Under the pieces are notes generated by a model. That model saw nothing but the letters and a program-made list of their open reading frames with translations, was not told where the DNA came from and ran no database searches. From contig OY762069.1 of the NCBI GenBank assembly GCA_963665095.1, forward strand, positions 3,008,001-3,072,000: a stretch of DNA of 64,000 bases, written 5' to 3'. The position numbers and the translations under genes are program-made. This DNA comes from an uncultured Desulfobacter sp. (GTDB lineage Bacteria; Desulfobacterota; Desulfobacteria; Desulfobacterales; Desulfobacteraceae). This document shows, piece by piece, positions 48,455 to 58,627 of this stretch; positions within the stretch are counted from its first letter, which is position 1, and the number at the start of each line of letters is the position of its first letter.

Positions 48455-50515
48455 TTAGTTTGCCCTGCAGGGTTCCTGGCCTTTTTTTAACGCCACACGC
48501 ATCATTTTTCCTGAACTTTCGCCGTCTACGGCTTCCTCCCCCTGGGAAGAATCTGTCAAAGTTATCTCGTCAGGATTTAACCCGGCCTGTTGGCCATGGG
48601 GACATCCGGTGGCCACCGCCACGGTCTCAAACCGGATATCTTCAGGAATGCGAAAATCACGTTCAGGCTCACCATTCATGGCCCGCAGCATAAAAAGGGT
48701 CCAGATGGGTACGGCACCCCGCCCCCCTGTTACCCCCCTTCCGTTTTTATCCTTGAGCTTTTTCTTCTGATCAAACCCTGTCCAGACAGACACACAAAGC
48801 GAGGGGGTAAACCCCGTAAACCAGGCATCATTGTAGTTGTCCGTAGTGCCTGTTTTGCCGGCAGCCGGGCGTTTGAATCCCAGACGTCTGACCCCCCGTC
48901 CGGAGCCTGCGTCCACCACGCCTTCCATCATGTCCACCACCTGATAGGCCGTGGCAGGATCAAGGACCCTGCGATCCTTGACAATCTGTTCAAAAATTAC
49001 CCGCCCCCTGGCGTCTTCCACCCGCCAGAATAGAAAGGGATCATGCCGGACTCCGAGGGTGGCAAGGGTGGCAAACCCGGCCGCCATATCCATGACACGC
49101 ACTTCAGAAGTACCTAAAGCCACGGAATATACCGGTTTCATAGGACTTTTTACCCCGCAGGACTTGGCAACATCCACCACGGCATCCGGTCCCACATCTG
49201 CCACCACCTGGGCCGCAATGGTATTGACCGAAGAAATCAGGGCCTGCTTAAGGATCATGGGGCCCTTGTAAGTTTTTTCAAAATTTTTCGGATGCCAGTC
49301 CGGTGCCCCTGCAACCGGGATATTCACAGGCCTGTCCTGGAACAGGCTTGCCGGATGAAACTGTCTGTCCCGGAATGCCGCATAGTACAAAAAGGGTTTG
49401 AATCCACTGCCGGCCTGGCGGCGACTGCTCACAGCCCGGTTGAACTCACTGGCATAATAATCCCGGCCACCCACCATGGCCTTGACAGCACCGCTGGCCG
49501 TATCAATGGCAACCAGAGCCGCCTGGGGTTTCTCCGGTGCATCACCCTCCAGTCCCATGAGTTTATCTAAGCGTCCCAACCCCTCTTTGACAGAAACCCT
49601 GGCATCGGACTGCAGTCTTGAATCCAGAGTGGAATAAACTTTGATACCCCCATGGTATACCACATCCTCACCATAGGTTTTCACAAGCTTTTGAATCATG
49701 GTGTCCAGAAAATAACTGCCGGTACGGGCATCTCTCCGGCCGTCATGCAGCTTTGGACGGACAGCATCCGCCTCTGCAGCAGCCTGATCTGAGATGAACC
49801 CAGCTGCGGCCATACGATTCAATACCACCCGCCGCCTGGCCAGGGCCCGTTCATAATGACGGAAAGGATTATACTGGGCAGGAGACTTGGGCAGGCCGGC
49901 CAGTAAGGACGCCTCCGGCAGGGTCAGATCCAGGGCCGCCTTGTCAAAAAACATCCTGGCCGCCTTTTCCACCCCCTGGGCACCGGCCCCGAAATGAATC
50001 TGGTTGACATAGGCCTCAAGGATCTGTTCCTTGGTATTGGATTTCTCAATCTGGAAGGCGACCAGCATCTCCTTGAATTTACGCTGCCAGGTTTTCTCAA
50101 AGCTGAAAAACATATTTTTGGCAAGCTGCTGGGTGATGGTGGATGCCCCCTGAATTTTCCCGGGTTTAAACAGGGTAATATACAACGCCTTAAGGGTACG
50201 CAGTTTATTGACACCATGATGTTCAAAAAACCGGTGATCTTCCGTAGCCACAATGGCGTTGAGGAAATCAGGGGAAACCATATCAAGGGATACAGATGTT
50301 TTCTGACCAAGGGCAATGAGTACCTGGCCGTCGGCTGCATAGATCAGGCTTTGGGGGGTTTCAATAATCCGGCTTAAGGGAGATGGCAGTTTAGGCAGAT
50401 CTCCGGCAATGTGAAAGGTGACCAGGCCGGCTGCCGCCACCATGACCCCGGCCATCAGCAGCGCTGTATAAAAAAGGAGCCGAACGCCTGTAACAACAGC
50501 AAAAAACCATTTCAT
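48455..50515 (-). CDS. Class A penicillin-binding protein (PBP1A family)
   Basis: EDHRFFEHHG, GASTITQQLAKN, RKFKE, SGFK (SxxK), SVN and KTGT motifs. Confidence 0.95.
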   Translation of the reverse strand: MKWFFAVVTGVRLLFYTALLMAGVMVAAAGLVTFHIAGDLPKLPSPLSRIIETPQSLIYAADGQVLIALGQKTSVSLDMVSPDFLNAIVATEDHRFFEHHGVNKLRTLKALYITLFKPGKIQGASTITQQLAKNMFFSFEKTWQRKFKEMLVAFQIEKSNTKEQILEAYVNQIHFGAGAQGVEKAARMFFDKAALDLTLPEASLLAGLPKSPAQYNPFRHYERALARRRVVLNRMAAAGFISDQAAAEADAVRPKLHDGRRDARTGSYFLDTMIQKLVKTYGEDVVYHGGIKVYSTLDSRLQSDARVSVKEGLGRLDKLMGLEGDAPEKPQAALVAIDTASGAVKAMVGGRDYYASEFNRAVSSRRQAGSGFKPFLYYAAFRDRQFHPASLFQDRPVNIPVAGAPDWHPKNFEKTYKGPMILKQALISSVNTIAAQVVADVGPDAVVDVAKSCGVKSPMKPVYSVALGTSEVRVMDMAAGFATLATLGVRHDPFLFWRVEDARGRVIFEQIVKDRRVLDPATAYQVVDMMEGVVDAGSGRGVRRLGFKRPAAGKTGTTDNYNDAWFTGFTPSLCVSVWTGFDQKKKLKDKNGRGVTGGRGAVPIWTLFMLRAMNGEPERDFRIPEDIRFETVAVATGCPHGQQAGLNPDEITLTDSSQGEEAVDGESSGKMMRVALKKGQEPCRAN

Positions 50516-51393
50516 CAGCCCTCTCCCTTCAGCTCCAGGCTCAGCTGCCAGACAGCCCACTCCCTGGCTTTGACCGCCACCACCCGGGTCTCCCCGAGAT
50601 GTTTAAATTCAAAACCAAGCAGGATAAATCCGTCCTGGGCAGAATTTCCCACACCCACCCGCTCAAGAGTACCGTTTTGGGATAGGAGCTCTTCGGTGTC
50701 TGAAATCAGATCCGATACCATGTCGCCAGGAAGCCGGGATATGGCTGAAAAGAAAAGGGCTGCCGGATACACCCGGCCTGAAAATTCAGGACTGTTATCC
50801 AGATCTCCCTGGATAATGGGTTGCCCCGCATCCTTGCCGAATTTTTTTGAATCAAGGTCCAGTTGCTGAATGACCCGGTTATCCGTATCAATGAAGAATA
50901 TCTTCATCCCGCCCATACGGCCTTCACAGAAAATCCGGTCCGTGCCTCCGCCGCTCAGCAGCCATACCAGGCGAACCGGATCAATCACCGCTTGTCGAAG
51001 ATAGGACGGCAGCCCCAGATATAGCTGCCGGAACCGGTCCTTGTCCAGATTTGCCCACTCCCCGGGGCCAAGCTTGGCAGCCAGGTCAGTAAAAGAATCC
51101 GCAGTGCGGACTGTCCGGCCGGCACTTTCCCTTTCCAGGGCCATCTGATCCAGTGTCTGAAGTGCATCTACGGCATGACGCCCTGATTCCCATACCACGC
51201 CGGTTTCAGGGCGATTGTCGTTGGTGCTGGCCAGGTATTGTCCGACCAGTTGTTCACACCAGTCAAAACGAAACTCAGCCACAACAATAAGGCAGGTAAT
51301 TACCAGGACTGCCAGATTCAGGACTGAGAAAATTCGCTTGAGCCATTCACCGAATGTTGATGGTCCGTACCAGTATCGCACAACAGGATTCAT
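50515..51393 (-). CDS. Hypothetical membrane-anchored protein
   Basis: One N-terminal TM. Stop overlaps the PBP start (TGATG). Confidence 0.72.
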   Translation of the reverse strand: MNPVVRYWYGPSTFGEWLKRIFSVLNLAVLVITCLIVVAEFRFDWCEQLVGQYLASTNDNRPETGVVWESGRHAVDALQTLDQMALERESAGRTVRTADSFTDLAAKLGPGEWANLDKDRFRQLYLGLPSYLRQAVIDPVRLVWLLSGGGTDRIFCEGRMGGMKIFFIDTDNRVIQQLDLDSKKFGKDAGQPIIQGDLDNSPEFSGRVYPAALFFSAISRLPGDMVSDLISDTEELLSQNGTLERVGVGNSAQDGFILLGFEFKHLGETRVVAVKAREWAVWQLSLELKGEG

Positions 51394-51417
51394 AACCAAT
51401 AAAGACAATAGTAAAAT

Positions 51418-52053
51418 TTATGCCTTACCGGCAGCTTTCATGGAACTGTTAAATACAGCATAAAATGTTTCATGTTCAGACAGGGCCACGGCCAGAATAT
51501 CATCCACTAAAGAGGCGTCCTGCTGCTCCAGGTCCTGGGATCTGATGACGTAATTTACACTGAAATGAAGCGCTGTCATGGCGTTTCCAGTCTCAACCCC
51601 CGGGCTGACCTGCACCAGGCAGATATTGCGCCGAAGGGACATATCCATACCATTCATATGCTGGGCCATACGCTTGTCAGCATCAAAATCATCATCCACC
51701 AGTACCAGAGGATATGTACTGTATTCAAGGTTTCTCAATGCATGGGCCGCCTCCTGGGCAACATGGGCCACAAAACCGGCATTCTCCAGGCCGCTTATCA
51801 CACGATTACGTCCCAGGGACGGTACCATGCACACCAGGGCCTGTTTCATGCTGCCTGCCTGAAACCTTGACAGATTCTGGTCAGCCGGCGGGGCCTTGGG
51901 CTCTGTAGCCACCTGTCCAGAATTCAATTCAGATGCCTTGACAGGAACCGAGGACCCGCACCCCGGACATTTAAAGGAAAAATCCCGGTCTTTGGGAATT
52001 TTGTGGTCCGGAAGCTCGGTGTCCTTTCCGCATGACGGGCAATTAATATTCAT
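51418..52053 (-). CDS. Zinc-ribbon (MJ0042-like) + receiver-like domain protein
   Basis: INCPSCG..PDHKIP..FKCPGCG, then a C-terminal beta/alpha domain (YPLVLVDDDF). Overlaps the upstream ATPase stop. Confidence 0.72.
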   Translation of the reverse strand: MNINCPSCGKDTELPDHKIPKDRDFSFKCPGCGSSVPVKASELNSGQVATEPKAPPADQNLSRFQAGSMKQALVCMVPSLGRNRVISGLENAGFVAHVAQEAAHALRNLEYSTYPLVLVDDDFDADKRMAQHMNGMDMSLRRNICLVQVSPGVETGNAMTALHFSVNYVIRSQDLEQQDASLVDDILAVALSEHETFYAVFNSSMKAAGKA

Positions 52054-53219
52054 CTGTCATATCCCCCATACCCCTTGTCAATTTCAAGGGATGCAATCCC
52101 GCTGGTGGATTCACCCCTGGCGCTCTTGATGCTGTCAAGCCCTCTTCCCACGATATCCTGCCTTGACGCATAACCGAGTGCCGTGGCTTCGTCGATCTTT
52201 CCCTCTTCATACAGGCGGATAATATACTCGTCAAAGGAAATCATGCCTTGGGCCTTGCCCGCAACAATGATGTCATTAAATGTCTTCCCTTCAGATTCCC
52301 CGTTAAGGATGGAATCTTTGACACGCAAATTGGTGCCCATCATTTCAAAAGCAGCCACACGCCCCCCCCCGACCTTGGGCAGAAGCCTTTGGGCCACCAC
52401 CCACCTGACCGTATCTGCCAGCCGGATGCGGACCTGCCGCTCCTCTTCTGTGGAAAACATGCCCAGCACACGGTTGATGGTCTGCCCCGCATCCACGGTG
52501 TGCAGGGTGGAGAGCACCAGATGCCCGGTCTCGGCCGCTGCCAGACCAATTTCAACGGTTTCCCGGTCCCGCATCTCACCCACCAGAATCACTTTGGGGG
52601 CCTGGCGTAAGGCCGCCCGCAGGCCTGAGGCAAAGGTATCAAAATCCATGCCCAGCTCACGCTGGTTAAAGGTGGAGCGCTTCTGCTGATGCTGGTACTC
52701 AATGGGGTCCTCAAGGGTGATGACATGAACGGATTTCGTTTCATTAATTTTATCCAGCAATGCGGCAAGGGAGGTGGATTTACCAGACCCTGTGGCACCG
52801 GTGACAAAAATAATACCGTTTTTTACATCGGCCATGGTATGAAAACTCTGGGGAAGGTTCAGCATCTCAATGGTAGGGATGGTGGCTTCAAGTTTTCGTA
52901 ACACAATGGCGTATTTGCCTGATCTGGAAAATATATTTACCCTGAATCTGGCCTTGGTGCCCAGCTGATAGGACAAATCGCAGCTGCCTTCACGCAGCAG
53001 GGTTTCGGTGAGTTTTCTGTCATTATGGAGCAGATTCAACGCCAAAGCTTCCGTCTGAAACGGGGTCAAAATTTTAAAATCCGGCTCCATATCCACAGCA
53101 ACAAGCTGGCCTGAACTCTCCACCTGAAGGGGCTTTCCCGGTGTGAAGTTAAGGTCCGACACATTGCCGTGGGCATCCAGCATTTTGGAAAGGATATAGT
53201 CAAGCTGCTGTTTTTTCAT
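52050..53219 (-). CDS. PilT/PilU-family pilus retraction ATPase
   Basis: GATGSGKST, TLEDPIEY, ALRQAPKVILVGEMRD and GHLVLSTLH motifs. Confidence 0.93.
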   Translation of the reverse strand: MKKQQLDYILSKMLDAHGNVSDLNFTPGKPLQVESSGQLVAVDMEPDFKILTPFQTEALALNLLHNDRKLTETLLREGSCDLSYQLGTKARFRVNIFSRSGKYAIVLRKLEATIPTIEMLNLPQSFHTMADVKNGIIFVTGATGSGKSTSLAALLDKINETKSVHVITLEDPIEYQHQQKRSTFNQRELGMDFDTFASGLRAALRQAPKVILVGEMRDRETVEIGLAAAETGHLVLSTLHTVDAGQTINRVLGMFSTEEERQVRIRLADTVRWVVAQRLLPKVGGGRVAAFEMMGTNLRVKDSILNGESEGKTFNDIIVAGKAQGMISFDEYIIRLYEEGKIDEATALGYASRQDIVGRGLDSIKSARGESTSGIASLEIDKGYGGYDR

Positions 53220-53251
53220 GCCTTACTCCTGGAAATAGACTAAACCGTTTA

Positions 53252-54334
53252 TCAGGCTTCTGTAAAATCCGTGGGCGGCGTCTTAAGAAAGGGCCTGAAC
53301 AGGGATTTATTATTGGCCTTGGCATACGCTTCATCCGGGCTGATCTTCCCTTTTTTATACAGATCCATGATGGCATCATCCAGAAGCTGCATGCCGTACT
53401 GTTTTCCGGTCTGAATCATGGAAGGGATCTGGTGGGTTTTGGATTCACGGATTAAATTTCTCACCGCGGGGGTTGCCACAAGGATTTCCAGGGCCGCGCA
53501 CCGGCCTTTTTTGTCTACGCGTTTAAACAGCACCTGGGCCACCACGGCCCTGAGACCATCTGCCAGAGTGGAGCGAATCTGGGCCTGTTCGGTGCTGGGG
53601 AACACCTCAATGATTCTGTCCACGGTTTTGTGTGCACTTGAGGTATGCAGGGTGCCGAATACCAGGTGGCCGGTGGAGGCAGCTTCTATGGCCAGAGAGA
53701 TGGTTTCAAGATCCCGGAGCTCGCCAACCAGGATAATATCCGGATCTTCACGCAGGGCACCGCGAAGCGCTGCGGAAAACGTTTTGGTATGAAGGCCAAC
53801 CTCCCTGTGGTTCACAATACAGCTCTGGCTTTTGTGTACAAACTCAATGGGGTCTTCCACGGTAATAATATGATCTTTCCGGTGCTGATTGGCCTGGTCA
53901 ATGATGGCTGCCAGGGTCGTTGATTTACCAGACCCCGTAGGCCCTGTTACGAGTACAAGCCCCCTTGGCAGATCTGCCAGCTTGGAAATGACGGGGGGCA
54001 GCCCGAGTTGATCCGTGGTCATGATATCAGACGGAATTTCACGAAATACGGCTGCTATGCCGTTTTTCTGCATGAAATAGTTGGCCCTGTACCGGGCAAG
54101 GCCTGGAATTTCGTAAGCAAAATCCACATCCCCGGTCTCTTCAAACACCTTGATTTTTTCCTGGGAAGTGATTTCATTCAACATTGCCCGCAGCTTATCA
54201 TTGGTCAACTTGTCGTATTTAATTCTCTCAATATCACCATGAAGCCTCAAAGCCGGCTGCTGCCCGGCGGTCAGGTGCAGATCCGAAGCACCCTGTTCAT
54301 GCATCAATTTAAAAAACGCATCTATTTCAGCCAT
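53252..54334 (-). CDS. pilT: Twitching motility ATPase PilT
   Basis: ASDLHL, GPTGSGKST, ALREDPDIILVGELRD and AVRNLIRE motifs. Confidence 0.96.
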   Translation of the reverse strand: MAEIDAFFKLMHEQGASDLHLTAGQQPALRLHGDIERIKYDKLTNDKLRAMLNEITSQEKIKVFEETGDVDFAYEIPGLARYRANYFMQKNGIAAVFREIPSDIMTTDQLGLPPVISKLADLPRGLVLVTGPTGSGKSTTLAAIIDQANQHRKDHIITVEDPIEFVHKSQSCIVNHREVGLHTKTFSAALRGALREDPDIILVGELRDLETISLAIEAASTGHLVFGTLHTSSAHKTVDRIIEVFPSTEQAQIRSTLADGLRAVVAQVLFKRVDKKGRCAALEILVATPAVRNLIRESKTHQIPSMIQTGKQYGMQLLDDAIMDLYKKGKISPDEAYAKANNKSLFRPFLKTPPTDFTEA

Positions 54335-54440
54335 TTTTTCCCCTTTTACTTTAACGGTTTTTAATTGAAGACAGGTTTCGTTTAAGCAGCAGTCCTGATT
54401 CTATTCAGGGGCCTGCCGCCGGAGCCTCTTTAGGAAAGAA

Positions 54441-54941
54441 TCAGGCCCGCCGGATAAACTTCAGTGCAGCATCAGACTCATCAGCTGCCTCGTTTTCTTC
54501 TTTGGTCATTTCAAGCAGTTTTGAATGCGATTCAAGAACTGAACTGATCTGCATTTCAAGCTGAATACGCTGGCGTTTGAGTTCAGTGATATCACTGTGG
54601 AGCTGGGCAAGGCGTTTATGGGCACGGTTCAGAATTTTTTCAGCCTCTACTTCGGCATTGGCAATAGTGACCTGAACCGTTTTCTGCGCATTATCCTTCA
54701 TCTGATCCAGCACTTTCTGGGACTGAATCATGGCATTTTTCATGGAGTCTTCCCGTTTTCTGTAGCCCTGATTCTCCAGATTCAGCCGGTGATTCTCCTG
54801 CCTGAGGTTGTCTATGGCAACTTCCTGGGATTCCAGCTCCCTTGCCACCTCCTCAAGAAACGTATCCACTTCCTGAACATCAAACCCCCTGAAACGGGTG
54901 GAAAATTCCTTTTGTTTGATCACCAGTGGTGTAACGCCCAT
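54441..54941 (-). CDS. DivIVA-domain protein
   Basis: TPLVIKQKEFSTRFRGFDVQEVDTFL followed by a coiled coil. Confidence 0.92.
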   Translation of the reverse strand: MGVTPLVIKQKEFSTRFRGFDVQEVDTFLEEVARELESQEVAIDNLRQENHRLNLENQGYRKREDSMKNAMIQSQKVLDQMKDNAQKTVQVTIANAEVEAEKILNRAHKRLAQLHSDITELKRQRIQLEMQISSVLESHSKLLEMTKEENEAADESDAALKFIRRA

Positions 54942-54961
54942 AAAAAAACTCCCTATTATGG

Positions 54962-55261
54962 TTATGACATTGAACGGGCCAGACCGATCAGACTCTTTAC
55001 AACAAAATTCTGTATAAAAATAATAGCTAAAAATACAACGATCGGAGAAAGATCCAGGCCGCTGAAATTAACCGGCAGATATTTTCGAATAAGGTAAAAA
55101 ACAGGTTCCGTGGCCCTGCGAAGGAACCTGACAATAGGGTTATATGGGTCTGGATTGACCCAGGACAGGACAGCAGCCGCAATAACAATCCACATATATA
55201 TATTTAGTGCATAATCAAGGACAATGGCTACGGCCATAAAGAAATTGGCTAATATCAGCAT
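54962..55261 (-). CDS. yggT: YggT family membrane protein
   Basis: LSWVNPDPYNPIV..TEP..GLDLSPIV motif. Confidence 0.93.
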   Translation of the reverse strand: MLILANFFMAVAIVLDYALNIYMWIVIAAAVLSWVNPDPYNPIVRFLRRATEPVFYLIRKYLPVNFSGLDLSPIVVFLAIIFIQNFVVKSLIGLARSMS

Positions 55262-55517
55262 ACCGGATCACTTAAATTCAGGTTAATTTTCACAAATTCT
55301 GTGTTATCGTGAAACATTTGAAAAGTCAAGTTTTTTTGCCTCTGTGAAAAAACCGCTTTGTAGCAGATCCGGCCCCTCAAACCTATGCGTTTCCAACTGC
55401 CGGACTCTGCTGAACCCGTTTCACATAACGAAATTTTACTTCACAAAAAACAGCTTGTCTGTTAGAAACGTCACTGATTCTTTTAACTTTTATAAAAACA
55501 ATAACTTTTTGACTATT

Positions 55518-57005
55518 TTGAAGCAAATACTCCACTTTATTAAAGCCCTTTTTACCGGCAAACCACAAAACCAGTCCCCTCCGGAAGAGGCAGAAAATTC
55601 AAGTCTCGCGCTCTCAAAACAGACGCTTGACGTGGCAGCAGATTCAAAGCCAGGTCCCGGCAAGCCCAAGCCAGCCCCAAAACCCAGAAAACCGCGCTGG
55701 ACCACGGGCAATTTCCAGGCCCCCCCCAAGGAGGGCAAAACCCGGTTCCATGACCTGAACCTGACCACGGGTCTGATGCACGCTATCTGTGATCTTGAAT
55801 TCAAATACTGTACAGATATTCAGGCACAGCTTCTGCCCCATACCCTTAAAGGTCAGGATGCCACCGCCAAGGCCCAGACCGGAACAGGAAAAAGCGCCTC
55901 CTTTATCATTACATTGCTGAACTGTTTTGTGCGCAAACCCGTTAAACGGGAAAAAAAATATCCCCGGGCACTGATTCTTGCCCCCACCAGAGAGCTGGTG
56001 TATCAGATTGAAAAGGACTTTAAAGGGCTTGCCAAATATTCCCATATTAACATTGTATCCGTATTTGGCGGCACCGGGTACACCCAGCAGCAGAAACTGC
56101 TTACCCAAAAGCCGGTGGACGTTATTGCCGCGACACCTGGCCGTCTCCTTGACTTTATTTCAAAAAAAATAATTGATCTGTCCCGGGTTGAAATTGTTGT
56201 CATTGATGAGGCGGACCGGATGCTGGATATGGGGTTTATTCCCGATGTCAGGCGCCTTATTTACATGACCCCGCACAAAGACAAACGCCAGACACTGTTT
56301 TTTTCCGCCACGCTGACGGATGAAGTCCTGCGGCTGGCTGATTCCTGGACACGGGAGGCCGTGCGTATTGAAATTGATCCGGAACAGGCGGCTGCCGATT
56401 CCATTACCCAGATCGTTTATCTGACAACGGAAGATGATAAATTTAAGAATGTCTGCAACTTGTTAATTTCTGAAAACCTTGAACGGGTCATCATATTTGT
56501 CAACCGGAAGGATACGGCAAGATTCTTGTCGGATAAGCTATCACGGTACGGCCAAAAAGCAGGTGTTCTGTCCGGGGATGTGGCCCAGGACAAGCGGTTT
56601 AAAGTCCTTAATGGATTTAAAACCGGAGAAATCAGTGTTCTTGTAGCCACAGATGTGGCAGCCAGAGGTCTGCATATCGAAAACATCAGCCATGTCGTTA
56701 ATTATGATTTACCCCTGGAACCTGAGCATTACATACACCGGATCGGAAGGACCGGCCGGGCTGGTGCAACAGGCACCTCAATCAGCTTTGCCGATGAAAT
56801 GAGTTCCTTTCAAATTCCTAAAATTGAAGAGGTTCTCGGGCATAAAATCAGCTGTGAATACCCCACCCCGGCCCTGGAGGCGGACCTGCCGGCACCAATG
56901 CCTGTAAAACACAATTCCGGACAAAATCAAACAAGTCAAAACAGCGGGAAGTCTTACAGAAGACGGAGAAGCCCCAGAAAGCCTGCACCGGCCAAAAACC
57001 ATTGA
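55518..57005 (+). CDS. DEAD-box RNA helicase (RhlB-like); start uncertain
   Basis: AQTGTGKS, PTREL, TPGRL, DEAD, SAT, ARGL and HRIGRTGR motifs. Confidence 0.92.
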   Translation: MKQILHFIKALFTGKPQNQSPPEEAENSSLALSKQTLDVAADSKPGPGKPKPAPKPRKPRWTTGNFQAPPKEGKTRFHDLNLTTGLMHAICDLEFKYCTDIQAQLLPHTLKGQDATAKAQTGTGKSASFIITLLNCFVRKPVKREKKYPRALILAPTRELVYQIEKDFKGLAKYSHINIVSVFGGTGYTQQQKLLTQKPVDVIAATPGRLLDFISKKIIDLSRVEIVVIDEADRMLDMGFIPDVRRLIYMTPHKDKRQTLFFSATLTDEVLRLADSWTREAVRIEIDPEQAAADSITQIVYLTTEDDKFKNVCNLLISENLERVIIFVNRKDTARFLSDKLSRYGQKAGVLSGDVAQDKRFKVLNGFKTGEISVLVATDVAARGLHIENISHVVNYDLPLEPEHYIHRIGRTGRAGATGTSISFADEMSSFQIPKIEEVLGHKISCEYPTPALEADLPAPMPVKHNSGQNQTSQNSGKSYRRRRSPRKPAPAKNH

Positions 57006-57089
57006 ACCGGTTGACACCCCCACCGGTTCAATGTAAAACCAACCTGATAATTCAGAATAATCTGCAATCACAAGGAGTAACACCCGCAT

Positions 57090-57542
57090 ATGTTTGGTCT
57101 TGGAATGCCGGAAATCTTGTTGATACTGGCCATTGCACTGATTGTCATCGGCCCCCAGAAACTGCCGGAAGTCGCTAAAACCCTTGGCAGGGCAATGGGA
57201 GAATTTAAACGGTCTGCCCAGGATTTAAAAAGATCCATCGATATAGATACCACACCGGTAAAAGAAGAAGTAAAACCGAGGCCTGCAAAGAAAAAACTCA
57301 AAGATGTGATCAAGGAGATGACTTCGGAAGAGTCTGAAGAGTCCACGCCGGCATCCCAGCCCCCTGTTACGGCCAAAAGTGACACCACACGTTCCCAGGA
57401 CGACGCTACGAAGTCGGAACAGCCGTCACAGGAGAGCCCGTCCGGCGCTGCCGACGCTTCTTCATACGCCCCGGACTGTGATCCTGTATCAGAAAATTCA
57501 GATACAGCTGCCAAGTCTGCCACAGAATCGTCTAAATCCTAA
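57090..57542 (+). CDS. tatB: Twin-arginine translocase TatB (TatA/B family)
   Basis: MFGLGMPEILLILAIALIVIGPQKLPEVA, located upstream of tatC. Confidence 0.85.
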   Translation: MFGLGMPEILLILAIALIVIGPQKLPEVAKTLGRAMGEFKRSAQDLKRSIDIDTTPVKEEVKPRPAKKKLKDVIKEMTSEESEESTPASQPPVTAKSDTTRSQDDATKSEQPSQESPSGAADASSYAPDCDPVSENSDTAAKSATESSKS

Positions 57543-57560
57543 ATCAGTCAGGTATCTGCC

Positions 57561-58409
57561 ATGAGCGACCAGGAAGGAAAAAGCCCTTTTACCGAACATT
57601 TAGGAGAGTTGAGGGATCGCCTGATTCACTCCTTCATTGCCGTAGGTATCGGATTTGTTGCCGCATATTTTTTTAAAGAAAAATTATTTGAACTGCTGAC
57701 CGCCCCTCTAGTTACAGCCATGTCTGAAAGCGGCCATGCCAAGCTGATCTTTACCGGACTGCCTGAAGCTTTCTTCACCTACCTCAAGGTCGCCCTGATG
57801 GCCGGCATTATCCTTGCCACCCCGGTTCTGTTTTATGAATTCTGGATGTTTGTTTCACCCGGGCTGTACAGAAATGAAAAAAAATATATTCTACCCATTA
57901 TTCTGTTATCCGTTATTTTCTTTATGGCAGGGTCATCATTCGGGTATTTCATTGTTTTCCCGTACGGATTTCAGTTTTTCTTAGGTTTTACCACAGAAAC
58001 CATCCAGGCCATGCCCTCCATGAAAGAGTACCTTTCATTTGCATCTAAAATGCTTCTGGCCTTTGGTTTTGTTTTTGAACTGCCCCTGGTGCTGACTTTT
58101 CTCTCCCGCATGGGCCTGGTCTCCACCGATTTTTTAAAAAAGAACAGAAAATATGCCCTGCTCTTATTTTTCGTAGGCGCTGCCATCATCACCCCGCCGG
58201 ATGTGGTCACCCAGGTCATGATGGCCATGCCACTCATTCTCCTGTATGAGATAGGAATCATCGGCGCAATGGTTTTCGGGCGAAAATCCCCGGTTCAGGA
58301 TGATGAGGCAGAGGAAGACGGAAATGGGGAAGACACAACTCAGGAAGAAATTCTTGACGATGACGGAGTACCCGGCAGTGATACGGATGATGAAGAGATC
58401 ATTGATTAA
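57561..58409 (+). CDS. tatC: Twin-arginine translocase TatC
   Basis: EHLGELRDRL, FVSPGLY..EK, FELP and ITPPDVVTQ motifs. Confidence 0.97.
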   Translation: MSDQEGKSPFTEHLGELRDRLIHSFIAVGIGFVAAYFFKEKLFELLTAPLVTAMSESGHAKLIFTGLPEAFFTYLKVALMAGIILATPVLFYEFWMFVSPGLYRNEKKYILPIILLSVIFFMAGSSFGYFIVFPYGFQFFLGFTTETIQAMPSMKEYLSFASKMLLAFGFVFELPLVLTFLSRMGLVSTDFLKKNRKYALLLFFVGAAIITPPDVVTQVMMAMPLILLYEIGIIGAMVFGRKSPVQDDEAEEDGNGEDTTQEEILDDDGVPGSDTDDEEIID

Positions 58410-58627
58410 GTCTTTGTTCTAAATTAAAAAACCGTCATGATTTTCTGAGAGAGGCGCGAATAGAAGAGATGGGCCATACTGAACAATCGTAACTTTGATT
58501 TGGATGGTATTGACTTTAAGCCGGCCCTGGGTGTAAAAAGGCCAGATAGAAAATAAATATATCCGGTAAGTGTAATACCGGGAGAGATAAGATAGATTAA
58601 CAACTTTTTTAAAGGAGAAGAGAGGTT

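Noticed and set aside
58410..58627. Cyclic-dinucleotide (GEMM) riboswitch upstream of cytochrome c3
   Set aside because: No GGCAAA/GAAA/GACGCAAAG-type core; only a short hairpin.
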